From contig OZ024741.1 of the NCBI GenBank assembly GCA_964016885.1, positions 101,742,001 through 101,806,000 on the forward strand: DNA of 64,000 nucleotides, in the 5' to 3' direction. The notes under the pieces are model-generated. The model did no database searches. It had not been told where the DNA came from and saw nothing but the letters and a program-made list of their open reading frames with translations. The DNA is from Eledone cirrhosa (Eukaryota). Positions 55,256 through 64,000 of the stretch are shown piece after piece (the stretch's first letter is position 1; the number at the start of each line of letters is the position of its first letter). The translations under genes and the position numbers were made by a program.

Positions 55256-55845
55256 AACAATAATTTATTTATATATACATATATATAAAGAAGAAAATAT
55301 TCCTTGAAAAACTGCCCTACAGATAGGTGACTGGAAATACAAAACGTGTTTAAGAAACATTAAAGAAAAGTAGATCCTCTACATCGGACCGGGGAAGCTG
55401 TGTTTCCATTGAATTCCCCCATTGCCGACACTTTCTGCCGGTCACAAGCCCTAGCAGAAGCGTCATACAGCAACTCGCCCGACGCTCTAACGATTCCTCG
55501 AATCCAGCGTATCTTAAACGGTACTTCATTTTATTTTATCTACCCTGAAAAAAAAAAACAAAAAAAAAACGAAAAGCAAAGTTGACCTAGGTGGGATTTG
55601 AACTCAGAACACTCAGAGCCGGAACAGATAGAGTATAACATCTTTCAGCATTCCTTGCCTGGTACTTTATTTTATCCACTAACGAAAAGGTGAAAGTCTA
55701 TGTTAACTCCGGTGGGGTTTGAACTCAGAAGACAGACAATCGGAATAAATATCGTAAAGTGTTTTTCCTAAGTCCTTATGTATAAAAAAAAAATCATTAA
55801 AGAAAAGGGAAAAAAAAAATCGTTAATTGAGAAATTAACCCTTAC

Positions 55846-56325
55846 CTTGTCGCAAATGTGAAAAAAGAAAAATGTGGATTAGTAGTTTTCAAGAATCACG
55901 GATTAACAGTTTAGTTTCACTTACTCTCTTCCTTTTCTTCTATTTCTTCGTCTTCTTGCTGATGGTTGTGGTCACGACGATGGTGATGGTGATTGTCGTA
56001 GTGATGGAGATGACAACAATTAGTGAGGTACTATTCTTCCTTTCTTCTTCTTCTTCTTCTTCTTCTTCTTCTTCTTCTTCTTCTTCTTCTTCTTCTTTTT
56101 CTTCTTCACTTTCTCAGTATCTCTGATAATTTGGTAATTTTATAGGTTAGATAAGTGATATTATTTTTCTTTTAGTTTAATTGTTTGTTGCTTGTTTTGG
56201 TTATTAGAATAGTTTTGTATTGTATTGTGATATGTTTGCCTTGAGAAGATCAGGTAGTGTTGTAGTTGCTGTTGCTGTAACAGTGTCTCATTCTAAAAAC
56301 ACTGGCTGTTTGTGTCTTATATATA
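55846..56325 (-). promoter_or_regulatory. Candidate TATA promoter and non-coding first exon
   Basis: Minus-strand TATATATAAG at 56316-56325, CACGTG at about 56392, non-transposon sequence ending in donor AAG|gtaagg at 55846/55845. Confidence 0.4.
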
Positions 56326-57334
56326 GCAGTTATTAAGAAATCTAAGGCTGATCTGTAACGCCCCAGTTATCGATCTACGCGCCCACATTTCCACGTGTCT
56401 AGCTATAGGTCTGTCTCCTCCCACTCCACCTTCCACCCCTTCCTCTTACCATCACCCACCTAACACTCCTTCAAATTGTAATAATCGTGATGCTCAAAAA
56501 TCGTCACCGCCGTCGTCGTTGTCGCCATTGTTGATGTTAGCATTGATAATGATAACGGTGATGTTATCAATATTATTGTTGGTGATGATGATAAGGAGGA
56601 TGAGGATGAATATAAAAATGATAGTGCTGTGGCTACTGATGATGATGATGGGCAGGATGATGAGGATGAGGATAAATATAAAAATGATATTGGTTTTGCT
56701 GCTGCTGATGATGATGATGAAGAAAATGAACAACAAGTAAATGCAGGAACGGTTATTATTTGTTTTCTTTCTTTACACGTTTGTTTATATGTAAATTCCC
56801 AGTGTCACTATTTACTGTATTGTCCTGAATGTTTTCAGCCCGAGTGGCCAATAAAAGTTACGTTCCTTTATGTTCCTTTACATTCCTAGTTCAAATCCCC
56901 CCGAGGTTAGCTTTGCTTTTCATCCTTACGGGGTTGATAAAAATAAAGTACCAATAACGCACAGAGGTTGATTTAACCGACTTCTCCCTCCCCTTCATAT
57001 TGCTTGCCTTGTGCCTAAAGTAGAAACAGTCATCACCATCATCATTACCACTCTGTCGTTCTTTATCCCTAAATATAATCCTCACTAAGCCGACCTAAGA
57101 TCAAAGGCTCTCCAGCCATGAGCATCACGTCTTATTAGAATGTATGTAAGACTAGATTTACATTAAACAATACAAGTTACCTTATGTAAAACGGTAGGGG
57201 GCATATTTGAGAGATTTAACTGCTATTTCTAGCTGGTTGAGTGGTTACTTAGAAGCCCTCTTATTGGTAAAGTGTAGAAGGGGGAAGGAATGACGTAGAT
57301 GTGGACAAAATGCTTTAATGGAATTTAGATGTAA

Positions 57335-57640
57335 AAGTGTGTGGCTTAGTGGTTAAGAGTTCGGCGCACGATCTTAAATTCGTGAGTTCGATTTGCGGCA
57401 ACTCGTTGTGTTATTGAGCAAGATACTTTACTTTACGTTATTTTAGTCCACTCATCGAGCAAAAATTATTTGTACCTGCAATTCAAAGAGAAATACTTGT
57501 TACACACTGAATCTCCCTGATGACTACTTTAAGAGTGCACATAACTATGGAATGCTCAGCCACTTGCACGTTAATTTCATGAGCAGGCTGTTTTGTTGAT
57601 CAAACAACTGGAATATTCACCATCAGAACCGATGGAGATC
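57335..57640 (+). mobile_element. tRNA-derived SINE family C
   Basis: gtggcttagtggttaag (A box), gagttcgatt (B box), tail gccacttgcacgttaatttcatgagcagg shared with 48600-48790 and 23200-23285 (-). Confidence 0.7.
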
Positions 57641-57814
57641 CAATGCAAAGTAATTTAGCGACGCCACTTTATATTTTGAGTTCAAATCTTGCCTAGAACA
57701 ACATTGTCTTCATTGGTCGATAAAATTAGTAAGTACCAGTTAACTACTGCAGATTAGTGACGTTGTGCTGGTGTGAAAAATCTATATGATGATGATAACG
57801 ATGGTGATGGTGAA

Positions 57815-57997
57815 GGCCAGCAATTTTGGGCGTGGGAAGTCGATTAAATCGACCCTAATGCGTGACTGGTACTTTATTTTATCGACCCCGTAAGGATGAA
57901 AGGCAAAGTTAACCTCGGCGAGATTTGAACTCAGATTACAAAGGTCCGTAACTCTATACTGCAAAGCATGGCGTCCGACCCTCTACCGATACTGCCA
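57815..57997 (-). mobile_element. SINE family A
   Basis: Reverse complement of the family A consensus; further copies at about 53320-53450 (-), 55520-55740 (-), 56888-57027 (+), 58931-59075 (+) and 59891-60075 (+). Confidence 0.8.
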
Positions 57998-58720
57998 TTG
58001 ATGATAATGACGATGATGATGGTGATGAAGATGATTGCTATGTTAGTGATGGGGATAATGTTGATAATGGTGGGGGTGATGATAGTGTCACCACCGCCCA
58101 CATCACCACTATCACTACCACACCATCATTATTTTCATCATTATATTTTTTACCACCACCATCAACAACAACAAAAACAACTCTACTACCACTATCATCA
58201 TCATCATCATCAGCAGCAGCATCATCATCACCATTAGGGCGCATATATTCTTTCAGCTAAATATTTGTTCATGTTTTCCTTATTACCAACATCCCCTAGA
58301 TATATACCCAATTCATAATAACGAATACACACCCACTGCAGTCCAAATATATAACACATTAATATGTACATTGTATATACATACATGGAAATACATACTC
58401 ACCTACACATAGATACATATACACATAAATACATGCACACATACACATATAATACACATATACATAAATACATATAGAAGTACTCACGTTTCATAATTTT
58501 ACCTGTCTTTTGAATGAATAATCAACGCTCACACATACATCCATACATACATGCATTCATACACACAGAGAGGCATACAAACACACAAGTATATATATTT
58601 GAAAATAAATTACTTTCAAAGTATATATTTACGTGTTAAACGTTAAGTATGCTAATATATATTTAATTATGGTTCTAGAAGTGGTAAGGAACGTATATTT
58701 TCATAAGCCTATGTCTACAT

Positions 58721-58756
<36 letters not shown>

Positions 58757-58821
58757 CATTTTAAATTGACCGCATGCGTTCTATTTTATGGATATGTCAC
58801 ATTTTTATACATCGAATATTG

Positions 58822-58881
58822 TATTTTGTCTGATGAGGGCATACTATAACTTAGTATCCCTGAAATATATATAACGAAATA
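58822..58881 (+). ncRNA. Type-I hammerhead ribozyme
   Basis: tattttgt CTGATGA gggc atact ataactt agtat ccct GAAAT ATAT ATA acgaaata; 8-bp stem I, intact core. Confidence 0.8.
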
Positions 58882-59089
58882 GATTATGATGCTATAGTGA
58901 TATATTTTCCATTTATTACTATTATTATATCTGACGCCATGCTTTGACGCATTGAGTTACGGCCCTTGCCATCCTGAGTTCAAATCCCGCCGAGGTTAAC
59001 TTTGCCTTTCATCCTTACGGGGTCGATAAAATAATACCACTGGGGTAATAGCTGGCCTTGTGTCAAAAGTAGAAAGAATTATTATTATT

Positions 59090-59834
59090 AGAAATCCCTG
59101 GCCTGGCAGTGCTACCGAGGAGCTTTGCCAGTTCGGGATAAACTCTACAGGCATGGAGGTGCCGTCAGCCGGGCATGTCCGAGATGCGCGCAGGGCGACG
59201 AAACCGTCCTGCACGCACTCGTCCAGTGTCCGAGCATTGCTGACTTGTGGGTTTATGTCGAACACCTGCTGTCACGTGTAGGACCTATCCAGCTATCAGC
59301 TGAGTCCATCGTGAGGATTGCCCCGCCCCCTTCCTTTAGCCTGGAAGGGCAGGCAGTTTTTATCTGTCTGGTGGCCATGGCGAAAGAGATAGTATGGTGG
59401 ACACGTTTGAAAGGGCTGAAGACGAGCACTTACCTCTTCGGTGATGCCCTGATTAACTTTTTCAAATTTCATTTGAAAAGGAAAATCAGGGTAGAGAGGG
59501 AAGTGCTCTCTTCCCAGCATTTTGTTGAAAGATGGGTGAGAGAAGCAAGTATGGCCCGAATGAATGGGCCTTCTCTGAGTATGTGTCTGTAAATTAAAGG
59601 TGGAAAACTGGGAGAGGGCACTTGCCCTGGTGGTCAGGGCCACTGTGGTCTTTTAATGGGCTTTCTCCACAAATGTACCTTGGAAGTCTCCCCCCTATTG
59701 GGGAATTTTTCTTTGTTATTTTATTTCAACCTCTGTTTTTTTACACGCAGAAATGCCCATTTGTACCGTCCTGTATTGTCCTGTACTGTCCTTAATGTCT
59801 ACTTTATGTGAACCCTTGTGGTTAATAAAGAAAA

Positions 59835-59836
<2 letters not shown>
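59090..59836 (+). mobile_element. Tx1-family LINE 3' fragment with (ATT)n tail
   Basis: PVRDKL..CPRCAQGDETVLHALVQC..FVERW; 3'UTR nearly identical to 30569-30820 (reverse complement). Confidence 0.88.
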
Positions 59837-59890
<54 letters not shown>

Positions 59891-60094
59891 GGGCGGTGGA
59901 TTGGCAGTATCGGTAGAGGGTCGGACGCCATGCTTTCCAGCATAGTTACGTCCCTTTACGATCTGAGTTCAAATCCCGCCGAGGTTGACTTTGCCTTTCA
60001 TCCTTACGGGGTCGATAAAATAAAGTACCAGTAATGCACTGGGTAATTGCTGGCCTTGTGCCTAAAGTAGAAACAATTATTATTATTATTATTG

Positions 60095-61552
60095 TTCTTT
60101 GAGTCTCTGTCATTGATGTTATCTAACTGGAAAGTTTGTTGAAATGAATATCAAGCCACTACCTGCAGCCTCAGATATTCAGGACGTATCGGAGGGTTCT
60201 TGCCTTTTGAAGTGTTCCAAAAAGCGGGGCTGGACTAATCTTCTTTAACCATCATTGGAAACTCTTTGAAATAGTACCTAGTGCGCCTATGACAATCGAG
60301 ACGACCTTGATTTCATAGCAGTTCCAAATCCTTTTTAACTCCCACTTTAAGTCCTGGTATCGGTTAATTTTCTCCCTCTCCTTTTCTTGCACTCTCGTGT
60401 CAAATGTGCAGGCTACATCTACAATCAGGCACGATCTTTTTTCCTTGTCCCAAACCTTGTCAGGCCTATCGTGTTCTAATTTCTTGTCCGTCTGTATCCT
60501 AAAATCCCATAGCACCTTCACCTGATCGTTTTCTATCACCGACTCTGGCTTATACTCATACCACTTCTCCGAATGTGGTAAATTGTTTACTTTGATGCCA
60601 GTGGATTACCCTGCCTATCACATCATGTCTCCATCCTTAAGGGATTTTTCATGAACGTTGCTCTTCTTCCTTGTTGTTATTTCCTACTTGGACATCACCT
60701 GGTCTATCGTTTTCTTCAGTACAATTTTGAGCATTGGCTCCCTACTGTCAGTCACATATGTGTGCAGGTTGTTTTTCTCAATCTGAATATAGTCCTCTAT
60801 GCTGATAAGACCTCTTCCACCTTCAGATCTCCTTAAGTAGAGTCTATCGATATCACTCCTCTTGTGAAACATATTGTAGATAGTCAATAGCTTCCTAGTC
60901 TTCCTATCCACTTCTTTTTGTTCAGCAACATTCCATTTCAGAATTCCCGCACTGTACCTAATAATAGACACAGCTCAGGAATTTACTGCACTTATGACAT
61001 TCCTACTATTTAGATGTGATTTTAATACGCTCTTTACTCTCCTTATCAATTCCTTCATTTTTTGTTCTTGATGTCATCTGCATCCAGAACACCTAAATAT
61101 TTGTATCCCTCTTCAGCGTCTATTTCCTTTATCATCTCATCTGTTGGTACCTGGATTCCGTTGCTTCTGCTCAATTTACCCCTCTTCATCAAGAGGACTC
61201 CACACTTATTAATACCAAATTCCATACATATATTATTGCTGAAAATACGGACTGTGTCAACAAGTACATCCAACTCCTTCTCACTCTTCCCAAAGAGTTT
61301 AAGATCGAGGAGGTGGTTGATGGTAAGCTCTCCTTTTCCCAACTTGTATCCTGCTCTCACCTTTCGCAATATAACGGTCAGGAGTATCAGGGCAAGAACA
61401 AACTATCTCCCTGGAAGATACCTCTCTTGATCTTCACGCCTCCCAAGGATTTTCCACCTAATGTTAACTCTGTTTCCCAGGACTTCATACTTTTGCTCAA
61501 CAACTGTCTGATGTTATCTGCCACCTTGAAGATATCTAGGCTTTTGGTTATC
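60095..61552 (-). mobile_element. R4/Dong-clade LINE fragment, family 2
   Basis: IKRGIFQGDSL, DLKLF, MEFGINKC, YKYLG, DRLYLRRSEGGRGL, WDFRIQTD..RPD..DVAC; bounded by (AAT)n. Confidence 0.88.
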
Positions 61553-61553
61553 C

Positions 61554-61619
<66 letters not shown>

Positions 61620-61621
<2 letters not shown>

Positions 61622-63250
61622 TTTACCACATTCTGAGAAGTGGTATGAGCATAAACCAGAGGCGGTGATAGAAAACGATCAGGTGAAGGTGCTGTGGGAT
61701 TTTAGGATACAGACGGACAAGAAACTGGAACACAATAGACCTGACCTGGTGGTTGTGGACAAAGAAAAAATATCGTGCCTGATTGTGGATGTGGCCTGCC
61801 CATTCGACACGAGAGTGCAAGAGAAGGAGAGGGAGAAAATTAACCGATACCAGGACTTAAAGTGGGAGGTAAAAATGATTTGGAACTGCCATGAAGTCAA
61901 AGTGATCCCGATTGTCATAGGCGCACTAGGGACTATCTCAAAAAGTTTCCAGGGATGGTTAAAGAAAATTGGCCCCTTCACGCTTTTTGGAACGCTCCAA
62001 AAGGCATGCTTGCTGGGAACAGCAAGAACCCTCCGATACGTCCTGAATATCTGAGGCTGCAGGTAGTGGCTTGATATTCATTTCAACAAATTTTCCAGTT
62101 AACTAACATCAATGACTGAGACTCAAATAATAATAATAATAATAATGCTGAACAAAAAGAAATGGATAGGAAGACTAGGAAGCTATTGACTATCTACAAC
62201 ATGTTCCACACGAGGAGTGATGTCGATAGACTCTACTTAAGGAGATCTGAAGGTGGAAGATGTCTTATCAGCATAGAGGACTGTGTTCAGATGGAGAAAA
62301 ACAACCTACACAAATATGTGACTGATAGTAGGGAGCCAATGCTCAGAATTGTACTGAAGGAGAGGACAATAGACCAGGAGATGTCCAAGGAGGAAATAAC
62401 AAGGAGGAAGAGCAACCTTCATGAAAAATCCTTTCATAGTACCTTCTTTGAGAAAACTGAATTTAGAGATCCACAGACATGGAACTGGTTGAAAAGAGGA
62501 GACCTTAAAAAGGCTACAGAAGGAATGCTAATGGCTGCGCAAGAGCAGCCCTCAAAACGAAGTGGGTGAAACACCATATTTACAAGGAGGAGGCTAGCCC
62601 ACTGTGCAGGATCTGTGAAGAGAGAGAGAGGAGACTGTGGCTCACATTGTATCCGAGTGTAAACACCTAGCCCAGACTCACTATCAAGGCTGGAGACATG
62701 ATGTGATGGGCAGGGTGGTCCACTGGCACCTATGCAAAGTAAACAATTTACCACATTCTGAGAAGTGGTATGAGCATAAGCCAGAGGCGGTGATAGAAAA
62801 CGATCAGGTGAAGGTGCTGTGGGATTTTAGGATACAGACGGACAAGAAACTGGAACACAATAGACCTGACCTGGTGGTTTTGGACAAGGAAAAAAGATCG
62901 TGCCTGATTGTGGATGTAGCCTGCCCATTCGACACGAGAGTGCAAGAGAAGGAGAGGGAGAAAATTAACCGATACCAGTGGGAGGTAAAAAGGATTTGGA
63001 ACTGCCATGAAGTCAAAGTGGTTCCGATTGTCATAGGCGCACTAGGTACTATCTCAAAGAGTTTCCAAGGATGGTTAAAGAAAATTGGTCCCGCCCCGCT
63101 TTTTGGGACACTTCAAAAGGCATGCTTGCTGGGAACAGCAAGAACCCTCCGATACGTCCTGAATATCTGAGGCTGCAGGTAGTGGCTTGATATTCATTTC
63201 AACAAACTTTCCAGTTAAATAAAATCAATGACTGAGACTCAAAGAACAAT
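61620..63250 (+). mobile_element. Two tandem 5'-truncated R4/Dong family 2 copies (61620-62127 and 62147-63250)
   Basis: Repeated LWDFRIQTDKKLEHNRPDLVV..DVACPFD..KINRYQ..PIVIGALG; each ends gactgagactcaaa then (AAT)n. Confidence 0.9.
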
Positions 63251-63255
63251 AATAA

Positions 63256-63355
<100 letters not shown>

Positions 63356-63361
63356 CATATA

Positions 63362-63399
<38 letters not shown>

Positions 63400-63699
63400 T
63401 TATTTCAAATTTTGTCGTCTCTACGCAAATGACCATGACTATAGTCGTTTCTGTTCACCTTTTTCGTCTCCAAGGATGCTTTATTCCATTCCCAACTGCT
63501 ATTTATATCGATCAACTATTAGTATGGCCATTTCCGTTGGGATGCACTCAATTCTAATTACAAATTTCCACAATGCTTTTTAAATCAACCGGTAGTTTTG
63601 TTGTTTCAATGCTCGAAGTTAAGGCAGGTTGGATTGGCAGAATTAGTGAAGTGGTGGATAGAATGCATTGGGGAATTTAGTCACGTCCCTCCACCTTTT

Positions 63700-64000
63700 A
63701 AGTACTAAATGATACTGGGATAAAGTTTTCCATTAATCGATTTGGAGTCAATAAAACAAAGCACCAGCTTAGTATTAAAGTTGATATACGCGACTGTTCC
63801 TTCACCCTACCAAAAATGACTGGGCATTTACCATTATTATTTCGGTTCATCAAGGATGCCCCCCCCCCCCCCCCCTCGTCTCTCTTGAACATACTGACTC
63901 TAGAGCCATTACTGAAAAAGTTTGAGATACTGAGTGGCATCGTGCGCAAACTAGGACGCGGGAGGTTCATGTCGGTATATGCTGATAACGTCAACGTAGT
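63700..64000 (+). mobile_element. Decayed Tx1 RT fragment running off the window
   Basis: QGCP..LTLEPLLKKFE..SVYADNV, homologous to ORF 30822-32513. Confidence 0.7.

Overview
AT-rich, microsatellite-dense animal genomic DNA. The SINE/LINE repertoire suggests an octopus or other cephalopod (inference). One real protein-coding gene is visible on the minus strand and is missed by the ORF track: two coding exons (23135-22980 and 14130-13987) splice in phase 0 into a 99-aa secreted precursor with a six-cysteine eclosion-hormone-like pattern. A possible non-coding first exon and TATA promoter lie near 55.8-56.3 kb. The rest is transposon debris: Tx1/L1, R4/Dong, RTE and CR1-like LINEs, tRNA-derived SINEs, mariner remnants, a non-autonomous Helitron, and several Penelope-like elements (PLEs) of three types. 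The most striking hidden structure is about 15-20 intact or degenerate minimal type-I hammerhead ribozymes. Many sit at or near the apex, or in the arms, of fold-back inverted repeats anchored in (TA)n or (AAT)n microsatellites, including a 152-bp palindrome with a hammerhead on each strand. Most long ORFs in the track are microsatellite artefacts. Element boundaries were read by eye and are approximate unless junction sequences are quoted.
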